From Haliotis rubra (lineage: Eukaryota), in the NCBI RefSeq assembly GCF_003918875.1, contig NW_025767023.1, positions 248,001 to 312,000 of the forward strand: 64,000 bases of DNA, read 5' to 3'. The notes below the pieces were generated by a model, which did no database searches, was not told the origin of the DNA, and worked only from the letters and a program-made list of their open reading frames with translations. Made by a program: the position numbers and the translations under genes. Positions 11,368 through 24,741 of this stretch are shown in pieces; positions within the stretch are counted from its first letter, which is position 1; each line of letters starts with the position of its first letter.

Positions 11368-14024
11368 ACAGACCAACGCCACCCGAAAGTCTACCCACTC
11401 CAATCTTGTATGAGAAGGACAATTCATAACCACTGATTTCCAACTTTATCCCTTTTCCTATTTTTTCCCTTGTAATCCAATAATGTCATGAGTAAATAGT
11501 CCAGACGCAGTCTGAGAGGTGTAAAAAAAGGATATTTATAATTAATATAATACGCCTTTTATTTCGATATGGAACTCGGGATGATAAAAAGTTACTCGCC
11601 ATTTGTACAGTGTCACAGTTATATTTCATAAGATCTATCCGTGTGGAGTAGCGTTATTACAAGATGGTTCTATGATACCGGCAATTATAGGTTTTCAGCT
11701 TTTGGCAATATAGGAGCACTCACAGGTTTATTTTCTGAGAATATCATAGTCGAGATATTGTTCACAGTGATGAAATTCATTCACAGTTCTTGTTGTAATA
11801 TCTTTACAAAAACTCACATGTTTAGCCTGCTGAAAGGCCAATTGTTCTCAGTATAACCATTGCCAGAAACTGTCTCAGTATGTTCATCCTTCGAGTCTTT
11901 CAGATGAATAATCCAGTTTACATCCGTACACGGGTTTCATATGGCGTCGTATTTGATACATGTCCAATGACGATTTCCTGCTTGAGCCTCGTTCCTGCTG
12001 TGGTTGTATCGGAGCTCTGTTGTGAGTTGTTGTAAGGGGGTGGTCCAGGCAACATTTGGAGGACGTTTTCTACGTACAGTTTGTCAACCGATATAAACAC
12101 TTAGATGTTCTAAGAGCTCGCTTCCCTCAACAGTGGCATTAACACCAAGTCCTTGGAGCTGTTCCATACATGGAAATGGCCTGCCTTTGAATTATCGTCG
12201 GGAGCTTTTGACAGCGTCCCCGTTATGTGTGAAGATACATTTCGCAATCACGGGGCGTGGTTTCGGCCTCTACGTGGCCTCTTCGTCTCAGGCGTCAGAT
12301 ACACGGTCTACCTCAAACACATAACTAGTTAACAAATGAGGGTGTCACTATAACAATAATATGGAACGGTTACAAGTAACAAGTAACAACTTTCTCAGCA
12401 AGCGACGAAAGAAATTATACAATCGTTTAGACTGCTACTCTTCTATAAACTTTGGAATAGAAAATATTTCAAACATGATTGTACTTACAGTCACTGTGGC
12501 CATACCAGGTGTGTGTGAAATCCATGACTCTGTCCCGCCACTTACATCTTCAGTCATTGAAATGTAATAATCCCACATCAAATCAAACTTGTTCTCCCCT
12601 AACGCATTGATACCAGCAAAATAAAACTCCCACATGCTGCAGTATGGTGACTGATTAGGGTCATCGCTATATCGCCCTGAAAATATAAGGCGACAGAGCG
12701 AGACGCACATCGTACTCCTTGATCCGATCAAATCTGTTGTTCCGATCGTATAGGTTTAGTTAAATGCACTCATCAAATCCAAGCAAATGGTGACAAATAT
12801 CGCGAGTGAGAATGGCGTAACTCGAAGAAATCAACTGACCCCAGAAGTAAGTCTGACAAGTCCACATTCCTAACTACTCGTGTCATTCCGGTTGTAGGTC
12901 ACGGAAAGAGGCGAGTAGTTACGAATGACACAAATCCACACATTCGTGACCCACTCGTGTTATTCCGGGACAAGCCGAATAGCGACTCGTACCCCTCGGG
13001 AAGGAATTCATTATTGGCGCATGAACATCAGAACTACTTTAAACAAGAACAATAACTCTATCCCTGTTTGATTCCAATGGTACTTAATATCACCCAAGCA
13101 CTTGTATATCGTATTGCTGTTTTTTTTTAAAATTCATTTTTGTTAATGAAACCTCTTTGATACAACTAAAAGAAGGAGAACAAATATTTGTAAAAGACAT
13201 ATTCTATCTTAATTACAACCAGCTGTTGATCTTTTATATCCAAATGTATATTTCTCAATAGGGGTTATCAATCACAATTGTTTTATTGAATATGCAAATA
13301 AAATCTGAAAAAATCAACTACATTAAACCCCAAAGCAGATACTCAAGAATGACTTGAATATTTCTCAAAATGAACATTCGTGTAACCTTGCTGTCGTACC
13401 CCTGGTGGAATATTAAATTAATTCGCTGAAAAAAATATGAATGACTAAAATATTCCCAGAGCTGTGAAAGATAAGCCCAATGTTAAAGATTAAAGTTGAT
13501 TACTTACATGCATATATAGAAACTCGTAGCGATTTGTAATTACATTTCCTAAAACTGTTAGAAGCGCACGTACAATCTCCATAACAAAGCTGGAAGATCG
13601 TCAGAAATACACTCAGTTGCACCCACGAGAGCCGTTTTGTCAACAAACGCACGCGCGTATATTTGAATCTCTCACCGTCAATCGCATGATTCTTATTAAA
13701 AACTTCACAACAGGCAACAAAATACTGTTAGCTACGTTCTTTGTTCTTTCAATATGACAATATATTTTTCATTACTTTTAAATAAATGACATAAAGCCAT
13801 AAACGATTTAAGTACTCGGGATTATATTTATCAAAGCACGGCAGTCATTACACACGTTCTGATTGGTTTGTCGTATTTTCACACATAGCAAGCATCACCG
13901 CTCGCCCCTTTCCGTAACCTCCAAGAAGACTCGTCCCCGTCGATGAAAGCACACGGAGTCCCACAACCTATGACAGAAATCGAAATAGTGCTGCACGTTT
14001 AGGATATTTTCTGAAAGAAACTAA

Positions 14025-14186
14025 GGGGAGGTGGGGTAGCCTAGTGGTTGAAGCGTTGGCTAGTTACGCCAAGGCCCGGGTTCGATTCCCCACATGGGTA
14101 CAATGTGTGAGGTCAATATCTGGTGTCTCCCGCCGTGATATTGCTGGAATATTGCTAAAGGCGGCGTAAAATCATACTCACTCAGT
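14025..14186 (+). mobile_element. SINE family A (tRNA-Asp-like head, (CTCA)n tail)
   Basis: A box TAGCCTAGTGG, B box GGTTCGATTCC, TSD GAAACTAA. Confidence 0.9.
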
Positions 14187-14587
14187 GAAACTAAACCATT
14201 CCACCAAAGATGTTCAGACCACAGGGGCGTGTCACGCTTCGCCCCTGTGGTTTAGACTGCCTGTGGCAGAGGTACTATACTAGCTGCACGGAACTCTGGG
14301 TAGGAGAGCGTTAGATTTGTCTACTTTGCATGAAGACTACGTTTGACCCATGACCCAACCCTGCTTGTAAATAAATCATGGACTCATGAAGAGATAACCC
14401 CTTTCACTATGGACTCGTGAAGAGATAACCCTTCACTGACAACTGTATGTAGGTTTAAGGTGTTACGAATTAATAACAAACAAACGGAAAGGAAAAGAAA
14501 AAAAACTACAAGCAAAAAAACCCAAAAAACAAGACTTATTTAAATTATTTATTTTCAATATCAATCCGTTCTTTTTAACTATTTATG

Positions 14588-14753
14588 GTGAGTTAAATTT
14601 TACGCCGCACTCAGCAATATTCCAGCTATATGGTGGCGGTCTATAATTAATAGAGCCTGAACCAGACAATCCAGTGATCAACAGCATGAGCATCGATCTA
14701 GGCAATTATACGATGACTTGTACCATGTCAGCGAACCTGACCACCCGATCCCG
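14588..14753 (-). mobile_element. SINE family B, 5'-truncated
   Basis: Reverse-complement match to the family body and tail. Confidence 0.8.
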
Positions 14754-16616
14754 GTCAGCAGTGCACCAACATTTACAGAAGGTTCGCAAAATCCGTATGA
14801 CACATACGGTTCACACTCTGGCTCAGTGTTGAGTTAGCTGTTACCGCTGCCGTAGATAGCTGGATTGTCTGGGCTTGACTCGCCGCTAAACAGCTTGAAT
14901 TTTGCTGAGTGCGGCGTAAAATAACTAACAAACAATACCACTGTCGTAGGGGAATAATATACTGGTGTAATGGGGGCTAAGCTATAACACTGTGTTTCTA
15001 AGGTGTGACGTCATTTCCACTTGACGTCACAGGACCTCTCCAACGACGTCAACAATGTCCAATCTCGTCCGGAAGACTCAATTGCGTCGTCCAATATTTT
15101 TCTGCTAACCTTACATGACATGGAAGACTGCTGCTTGTATGTTGACATTAATGGTGCAAGGGAGACTACTCTTCAGACCTTTGTGGCTAAACCTTCTTAA
15201 AATATTTATCAGCAATTCTATTCTTAAAGGCAAAAACCACGAGAAAATTAACATCACAATTAATTACATAAACCACACAGCAGAGTCGAATAAGGAAAGT
15301 CTGTACCAGGACTTTCTTGTGGAATACGTGAGGTGGGTGTAAGAAATCGACGATGAGTAATAAGAAAGGCAGCATACTTTATGGATAACAACTTTTGTAT
15401 TATACTATTATGATGAGACGTTTTCGGTATAGATTCTTGTCAAGCAAGAAGAAGACTTCATCCATAACGTATAGATATATATTTTACACTTTCGTTCATT
15501 GTATTAAATAAAAACCTCGATTTGTTAAACAGAATTTGATGTTTTTTCGTCTGTAAATGATAGCTTTAATAGGTAAAGGTGATTGACCGTGTATCTGAGT
15601 TAGACATCACTTAAATCTGAGGCATCAATTTAACATAAATTAAAAAACTGTACCTAAAGTAACGAACATATTTTTAATTTTGGATTTGGTATTGCTCAGC
15701 ATTTAATTTATGTGGCTATTTCTTTAAAAAATATGAAACAAAAGAGGCAAAAAAAGCTCCTTTTGGATGGTTGGTTGGTCGGTCGGTTGGTTGGTCGGTT
15801 GGTCGGTTGGTTGTTTTACGTCACTTTTGCACACAGGTAGAAATATAGTGGTAGGCGCTATAGGATAGGATGGTTGATGTCTATGTGTTACAGTTATTGC
15901 AGAAATATAAGTAACGGTTTAATATTCTGTCATTACAATATTGTTGTAAATTTTGACAAATGGTTTCAATGATATAAAACGAGACGAGTAAATCGTATAA
16001 CGTTTGAGACAAAAGCGCACCTGGCGAATTAATCGACGCCACTGTTCCGCCGATAAAACGGCATTTGACACAATTCTATACCAGAGGCAATACCTCAAAA
16101 CCTATGTGCATAATTATGCATTTACAAAAAAGGAACTATTTTCTTAAAGCACTATAGTCACTATTACACTATTCGCATGCCCAAATGGCAGTGGGTAAGT
16201 ATGGTTTTTACGCTGCTTTTAGCAATATTCCAGGACAACTGAAATAGGTTTCACATATTGCAACTATGGGGAATCGAACCCGGGTCCTCCAAGAGACGAT
16301 TGAACTCTTTAATTACTCGGCTACATGAGTGCCCTACACATGACTGTTGGGTGATATCATTGTAAAGGGAAGAGAAGAGAAGGAACATATATATCCTCTA
16401 TCATCCAGGGCGTCAAACAGTGATGTTTGCACCAGTGCATATACACGATGTTTGACTTTCGGTAATTCTAACCCCAATGGTAATACATTGGCATTCATGG
16501 TATGCAACCATTGCACAAATCTGAAAGTACATGATCAGATATCGCATTTGATATTGCATATTGCATACAAATAACACTTCTTAGACAGTATAATTAGTAT
16601 GCAGTGTAATTTAGAC

Positions 16617-16776
16617 TGACTGAGTTTGGTTTTACGCCACATTTAGCAATATTCCAGCAAATCACGGCTGGGGACACCAGAAATGGGCTTCACACATTGT
16701 GCCCATGTGGGGATTCGAACCCGGGTCTTCGGCGTGACGAGCCAACGCTTTAACCATTAGGCTACCCCACCGCCCC
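16617..16776 (-). mobile_element. SINE family A, full length
   Basis: TSD AGTGTAATTTAGAC. Confidence 0.92.
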
Positions 16777-17204
16777 AGTGTAATTTAGACAGTGTGTAAG
16801 TATCATAAAGCTGTGTTTCGTTTTTGCTGAGCCCAATCCTGGATTCGAAACCTCTTCAGAGTGAGGCATGAAGATATTGTTTTGCTAATGAAATTTCGTA
16901 ATCTTCTTGGGATGACTTACTGTTTCAATTACAATTTGAATGTTAACACGTAACAATAAACGTATTGCTAACTGCTAGCCAATCTAAAGCTTCGGCATCG
17001 CATGCAGTGTATGAATTTGTGTATGATTTCAGTGCACCCATGTTAAACCTGACATAGGTATAAGTGTACAATATTATCATCTGTGAGTCTGTTGCTTTAG
17101 TGTTCGATTCTATGTTTTATGCAACAGATATTTACAAAACAATTTTTTGTACACCCCTTGCTGCTTGTTGGTCTCATGCCTAATTCATTTTGTGTTGTTT
17201 GTTG

Positions 17205-17559
17205 TTTGTTTGTTGATTAACGCCGCACTCAGCAATATTCCAGCTATGTGACGGCGGACTGTAAATAATCGAGTCTGGACCAGACAATCCACTGATCTAA
17301 ATCATGAACAGCGATCTACGCAACTGGGATACGATGACATGTGTCAACCAAGTCAGCGAGCCCGACCACCCGATCCCGTTAGTCGCCTCTTACGACAAGC
17401 ATGGGCTACTGAAGACTAATTCTAACCTCCACATGAGTACAATGTGTGAAGCCCATTTCTGGTTTCCCCCTCCGTGATATTGCTGGAATATTGCTAATAG
17501 CGTCGTAAAACTAAACTCACTCACTCACTCACTAATTCTAACCCGGATCTTCACGGGAC
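17205..17559 (-). mobile_element. SINE family B with a nested 5'-truncated family A copy (~17428-17532, +)
   Basis: Nested copy bounded by the duplication TAATTCTAACC. Confidence 0.85.
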
Positions 17560-18099
17560 GAATTCTTTTGTGAATAGATTTCTAGGTTAACTCATTGCTT
17601 CGGCTTGCGAGTTGGCGCGTAATCTATGACCACATGTTTCATAATGCTATTTAAGTAGAACCACGGGGGTAATAGAATGCGGCCGAGACGTTGATACGTG
17701 ACAAAGACGTTGGCATCGTGCCACTATTTGATTGTTTATTGTTGAAGCGGGAGGGTCACTGCGAAATGCAGTACACACTGCAATCTTCCTCATACCTGTG
17801 TACAAACATTTGAGGAGTATTTCTGAGAAGAAGGTCTGTGATTCCAACAGACAGGTAAACGCTATAAGATTCGGGAAGTTGATCAGCTAACATGTTGATG
17901 TTGAAAGAGAGACCCTTGGAAAACAATTATTAGCGTTAACTCTTATATGCCTGGATTCTACACGGCGTCCCATAACCAGGTAAGAGACGGTTTGGACTTG
18001 TGAACTATGATACAGAGGTGATATCCATGGAAATGATTTCTTCAAAATATCTTTTGACACATAGATATCAATGTCTGAATTTTTAAGAAAACATGGTTG

Positions 18100-18234
18100 T
18101 TCAGTAGTGGTTAGTGGTTAAAGCGTTGGCCTGTAACGCGATAGACCCGTGTTCGATTCTCCACATGGGTACAATGTGTGAAGCCCATGTCTGGGCTTAT
18201 TGCTTAAAAATGGCGTAAAACTAAACTCACTCTC
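18100..18234 (+). mobile_element. SINE family A, degenerate, abutting the splice acceptor of kinase copy 1
   Basis: B box, core and AAACTAAACTCACTC tail. Confidence 0.75.
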
Positions 18235-18247
18235 TGCAGGACCTAGA

Positions 18248-21200
18248 ATGGCCGCTGGCGGACCACGTCCCACCCTGAGGGCTGCAGTGGTGCAGTACGT
18301 GTGTCCTTCACGGCTACTTGGAACTGGATATTTCGGGAATGTGTACAAAGCAGAAGGTCCCGACAAATCACAAGTAAGACTTTCCACACGTTATTAACCT
18401 GTTTAAAGTATTCCAAGTCTGACACTTGACCTAACTGGAATACTGTTCACTGCGAAGGGTAAACGACAGTGGCGGATTCCCCCCCACCCCCCTTTTGAAA
18501 ATGACTTAAGACCACATTGAAGATTTTTTTCGTTTTACTCTGACAAACCCCCCACACACACACACACATCCCACACCCGTTTTTAAAATTCCTGGATCCT
18601 GATGTTATATATTTGAATACCTAATCAACGTCCATTTTATCCTTGCCAGTATGCAGTGAAGGTGTCGCCACTGTCTAACTTCTCGGATAAAAACGATCAG
18701 TGCACTCTGACAGAAGCGGTCACTCTGTCACAGTTTGCACACATGCACGTCGTCAAATACCTTGACTGCTGGGAGGAGAGAGACCGACAGGGGGCGCGGC
18801 AACTGTACCTGGTCATGGAGTACTGTCAAGGTCGTGACCTTCGGCACTATCTGGAAAAGACACTCCAACATCCGCCGGAAGAGGAACTGTTCGGATGTTG
18901 GCTAGCTCAGATAGCTTCCGGTTTAGAGGTCAGTGGAAAGAAAATTGAGTACATAATTCGCATTCATGCAAATAAACTGTCACCGTTTTAATATGCTTCG
19001 AGCTATCGGTCATCGGGTGCAGTTTAGAAAACATCTTCTGTTGCAGCATATCCACAGCCACAACGTCATACACAGGAACCTGAAGACGTCCAACGTCCTC
19101 GTGTGGTGCTACAGGGAAACAGTGGTTTTGAAGATCGGAGGCTTTGGATTGTCAAAGTAAGCAGTGAAAAATACATCTCTTCCTCCCACAGAGCCCCCAA
19201 TTCCATGAAACATGCTTCAGTTCTTCCTGTATCAAGGACAAGCAACAAACTGTCTCCGATTGGATGGTTGAACAAGAAATCCGCCATTTTGTGTTCATGA
19301 CGTCATCACATAAGTGTGTAACCTCATTGTGGCAGTGATTTTGATTTTCGATTTTTGAACCCTTACGCCCCACCCTCCTTTTGGATGAGTCTTGCCTCCC
19401 CTCTTACAACACCTGCTGAAATACTAAGTATTCGGTAAAATCATAATGGGATTTTCTGAATCTGGGAGTATAAATACAGACCGAAAAGTTCGTTAAGTTT
19501 GAGCGCTCATAAACCTGTGGTTTCGGGTTTGAATTCCAGTTTGCTATTGATTTTGTTTCTATGTTTGTCTGGCCTGTTCCTAGATGTCATCAAATTTGTA
19601 AATGCCCAAAGCCTGTCCTCTTTAATCAAACTGAAATAATAACTTAAGGCGGCTTTAAACACAACATTCTCACACTTACTCACACATAAAATAATTATTT
19701 AAAACGGTTTTACTCTCTCACTCACTCACTCACTCATGAAATCAGTAGTATTTAAAGCGGCTTTAAACACCACTCACTCACTCACTCACAAATCCAGAAC
19801 TATATCAAGATGAATGTGAAATTCGAACAAAAGATCCAACTATTTTGGCACACTCAGGGAACGTAACTCTCCTCGGCGAATCTCGATGTCTTCGAAGTGA
19901 GTGAGTGAGTTAAGTATTACGCCGCGCTCAGCAGAATTCCAGCTAATGGCGGCGGTCTGTAAATAATCGAGTCTGGACCAGACAATCCAGTGATCAACAG
20001 CATGAGCATCGATCTGCGCAATTGGGAACCGATGACATGTGTCAACCAAGTCAGCGAGCCTGACCACCCGATCCCGTTAGTCGCCTCTTACGACAAGCAT
20101 AGTCGCCTTTTGTGGCAAGCATGGGTTGCTGAAGACCTATTTTACCCCGGATCTTCACGGGTCTGTCTTCGAAGACTCAGCCCTCATTCCATGTTGATCA
20201 CATCACGCCCCCGTATACATCAAATACTGTTTGAATTCTAAGACAACGGTGGAATTTCAGGAAGCTTATCTAACCAACCACATCTTCCTGCTACAGCAGT
20301 TGCTTCTGGTGGGACACGCATGCTCTTATGTACATAGTGTAACGAGTGAGTGAGTGAGTACAGTTTTATGCCGCTTTTAGCAATATTCCAGCAATATCTC
20401 GGCGTGGGGCACCAGAAATGGGCTTCACACATTGTACCCATGTGGGGAATCGAACCCGGGTCTTCATTGTGACAAGCGAACACGTTAAGCACTAGGCTAC
20501 AACACCGCCACGACACTTTGTTTACACTCGATTTTGAAACTGAATGTTTATGTAATGAACTACAACGTTGGGTAGTTGACCTCAGATGACTTATGAATGC
20601 ACTTTTTGTCATTAAACATCGTTATTTTAAGCATTCATTTCCCTTCTTTCTCACAGGGGTCTGAAACATTTCAACGATGTGGCGAGGTCAGTAGTTGGAA
20701 CAGCCAACTTCATGAGTCCAGAGCTGCTTCAAGGGAAGAAATATGACAGAAAGGTATATCGCCGTCATTACAAATAACGGCGATAGTGAGTCATCAGTTG
20801 ATATACTTTAGCTCGGTGCCCGTGTCAATGATGAAGGTATTTACTCCAATTGTATCAATATTCACTCAGAATCACAGCGGAGACACCTAAATTAGGTGAA
20901 CACATTATGCAGAGTCGAACTCGGCCCTTAGCCGTGACGAACGAACAGTTTAGCCACTACCAAACCACCATGTTTTAATAGCATCAGTTTCACACAAATC
21001 AACCCTTATGGCTGTTCGGATCAAAGACAATTGCATAATGAAGCAAGGTTGTAAAATATAAACTGGACTTCAGACATGTGTCTTATCCCGGATGTCTGTT
21101 TGTATATATTCCAGACAGACATCTGGAGTTTTGGATGTACGGCTTTTGAAATAGCAACATTGAGGTCACCAAAGCCAAATCCAGTAAGTTTGATATTTTC

Positions 21201-24200
21201 TATTTGAGTAAGCAAGCAAGAAAAATCCCTGTCATTTTGGTTGACACATGCCATCATTTCCCAATTAGGTCGACGCCCATGATGTTGATCACTGTATTGT
21301 CTGATCCAAATTTGAGTGTTTACAGACAGCTGTCATAGTTTGAATAATGCAACAAGCAAATGCTATATCTTATCCATTTGTCATACATCACACATTGTAA
21401 TTTCGGGGGTTACAATATAGCATTTATCATCAGTGGATACCCTCCATATCTCGAACTTAAACTAACATTCGAATTTTTTATTCGAATTAAATATTCCCTC
21501 CGGGAATAATCCAATCTATACATCGATCATGGGCAGAAAACCTCAGCGTTCTACCCAATACGTAACTAATCTAGTCTAATGCTTGTGGCCCTTCATACAA
21601 ACAGTCTTGTCAATTGTGATTGTTCCGTTTATGAATTACAGGTCTCCTATATCGCGACTTATGTCAAATACAGCTCTTTCTTCAAGGATTTAATAAGGAA
21701 GATGTTGATGAGTGATGCTGACTGCCGTCCAGATGCAGATGTGATCCTGAAGGTTCTTGCAGAGAGTGGTTACACACCACATGATGGAATAAGCTCTACC
21801 TCGTCAGTGTCGACAGCATCCTCAGAGCCATCATCTAGTCTTTACCCAAACTGTCATATGACCCCTGTTTTTGAGAGCAGAGGAAGGAACAGCATCAACT
21901 CATGTGAAGGTACTTCTTCTGCTAAATCGTCTAGCCAAGGTATTGATGTTGCTTTGAATACGTTTACACTTGTTAGACGAGCGGAGCGTGACAGGAAGAT
22001 CAACAACAGGAACAGCAGAGGCACCAACTCCTGTGAAGGCACTACTTCTGCTAATCCATCTAGTCAAGGTATTGACATTGCTTTGAATACGTTGACACTT
22101 GCTAGACGAGCAGAGCGTGACCAACAGATCAGTAACAGGAACAGCATCAACTCCCGTGAAGGCACTACTTCTGCTAAACCATCTAACCAAGGTATTGATG
22201 TTGCTTTGAATACGCTTACACTTGTTAGACGAGCGGAGCGTGACCAGCAGATCAACGGCAGGAACTGGAAAGGCACCAATTCCTGTGAAGGCACTACGTC
22301 TGCTAAACCATCTAGTCAAGGTATTGATGTTGCTTTGAAAACGGATACGCTTTTTAGACGTGATGGGCGTGAGCAGCAGATGAAAAAGACTGTGACCTTC
22401 GCTCCTTCATCCTCACAATTGTATTCTTCATCAGGCAGTGGTTATGAAACGGATATCAGTTCTTTCGGGATGTCTGGTAGTTTCATCGCATCACCACGAA
22501 GTTTCTTCAACGCTCCGGAACAACACAGGCATTCCAACACAGAGATGAGCAGAGGCACCAACAAGAACTCGGATATTGAGACTCCTGAAACCAACAACCG
22601 TACTCTATACGAGAGGGAAGGATGCAACAGCAACAGATATCCAGACACCGGGAGATGCGAAGATATCACCAGTAACACTGACTCTGGGGACAGCTTGACC
22701 AAAACTACAAGCTCTGGCAGTGGCTACGAGACTGGTAATATAACTAAGAGCTTTCTACTGTTATGTTGTAATTTGTTTTCTTATTAGTGCAGCACTTCAC
22801 AATATTCCAGCTACATGGCGGCCGTCTGTAAATAATAGAGTCCGGACCAGACAGTCCAGTGATCAACACTGCGAGTCTGACCACTCGATCCTCTTAGTCG
22901 CCTCTTGCTAAAAACAATTAGAAAATATCGAAATTTCGAAAGAATAACTAAATAATTTAAATTACAAACAGATCTCGGTTATAATAATTTGTGCTACCAA
23001 AGTGGCGCCGTTAGCTTTCGTGAAATTTACTGCTTGGATCCGTACACGAACCGAGTCTTTTTCTTGGGGTCCAGAGGTGCCTAACTGTAAATGCTTTGAA
23101 ATATATTCCTCATAACAAATGGGGCTTATATCAATCCATGAATCTGTGATTCTTTAAAGAATTTAATTTTTAAGACTACGACACGGACCGTGACATGTGG
23201 ATAAATGACCAAATTGCAACATTACAACCGTAAGTACTCTACATCGTCGCTGTCGACAGCATACTCACAACAGCAATCAGTACAATCACCAGTGGCTGAA
23301 GGGATGGTATAAACCCAGCTAGGGTCCATGCAGGTAGCCAAAGTACTGTAAGTCCCCATGGACCCTAGAGTGGTGATCTACCATCAGTTGTTGGTTATCC
23401 TCAGCCCTATTTTATATTGTATTGTCCTAATCTGAACTCCTTTTTTAGAGATATATGCTGGTTTTATTTCTGATACAGTGATATACTAGTTGGTTTTACT
23501 GTCCTTCGTCGACAGGTTTTTTAAAATTTGTGCATTTATCATGAATTTATAAATATTTCAAGTCACGATATTGCTCAAATACCGCTGTGACTATAAAATT
23601 TATTTACTCACTCACAACCAGCATCTAGTCTTAAATAACAAAATGTAACAAGACCTATGTTCCTAACATGTACATAAATGAACAAATAGCTACTGTCGTA
23701 AGTATAATATATTACTGGGCTCAATACATGCAGTAAAGCCCCAAGAACACCAGATAGAAAAGTTGCATTTATTATTTCACTTCATAGTTTACTCATTATA
23801 TAAAATGAAGTCTATTTTTCAAAAAGAGACCGTATATCTAAGGTTGTGACTCTAAGCTCTTGGACTGTTTCAGGGACATCGCCCGGACAATCGGACGGGA
23901 GGTGTTTGTTGCTCTGTACCCTACCTTAAACATCAAAGATGAAGGGTTGTTTACTGTAAGGAATTGTTCCATTTGTAATGCAAATATATAATTTGAATTA
24001 AATGTTTTTGAAACTATCAGTTATAACTGCATTATTTAATTGATTGTGATGAAATTGATCAAAGATGAAATGTTGTTTCCATTTTAATGCAAATACATTA
24101 TTTTACTAAATGTTTTGAAACTATCAATCATAACTACATTATTTGATTTGATCGTGTTTCAAATTATCAGTTTCATTAACTGTAGGAAATTGTTTCCTTT

Positions 24201-24741
24201 CTACTAAAAAAAAATCAACATGTGGGCCTACAACTTTAAAAAAATGTTATTTCAATTACAATCTCAAATAATCTGTGGGTATCACTTTTATTCTTACGTT
24301 TGGTAGTTATGTCCAGATATAAATGATCTGTATGGAACAGAAATCTGAGATGGATGCACGTGCCTTTTTTGTATGAATAAAATTTCTTATTTTATCTTAT
24401 AGTATCAAGGTGTCATAGACGATATTGCAAAGACAGTATCTGCTATCCATCATTTGAAACAAGATGGATACAAACCTTTACATCACTATCAGTGGATGCA
24501 TCATGTATGTGTCTGTGTGTATGTGTAAGTGTGTGTGCGTATTTGTGTGCGCTCGTGCGTGTGTGATATGACCTAAGTAGGTCATGTAGTTTTCATGTGG
24601 TATCACTTACATGAACGACCTTCTTGCCAGCAGCTTCACCTGATGGACCAGTTGGAGGACTACGACGAGGAGGTGTGTGACAAGATGAAGCGTCTGTGGC
24701 GATTGGAAAAGGAGAAACGAGAACGCGATGATGAAAGATGA
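18248..24741 (+). CDS. NEK4-like (NIMA-related) pseudokinase, copy 1, about 673 aa
   Basis: GT-AG exons join in one open frame: 18248-18373, 18650-18928, 19047-19156, 20657-20753, 21115-21183, 21642-22734, 23175-23229, 23874-23955, 24631-24741. Motifs GTGYFG, YAVK, HRNLKTSN, GFG, GTANFMSPE, TDIWSFG, CRPDA. Intron positions and C-terminal domain resemble NEK4. The 3' exons are less certain. Confidence 0.85.
19898..20163 (-). mobile_element. SINE family B, full length, with a duplicated hairpin module
   Basis: TSD TGTCTTCGAAG. Confidence 0.92.
20344..20508 (-). mobile_element. SINE family A
   Basis: Reverse-complement match to the family. Confidence 0.85.

Noticed and set aside
14217-14283. 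Helitron 3' end (hairpins followed by CTAG)
   Set aside because: The 12-bp hairpin is real, but no 5' TC end or A/T insertion site was found; the class cannot be assigned.
24403-24504. Possible extra in-frame exon in kinase copy 1
   Set aside because: It has AG/GT borders and phase 0 but no counterpart in copy 2 or NEK4; left out without transcript data.
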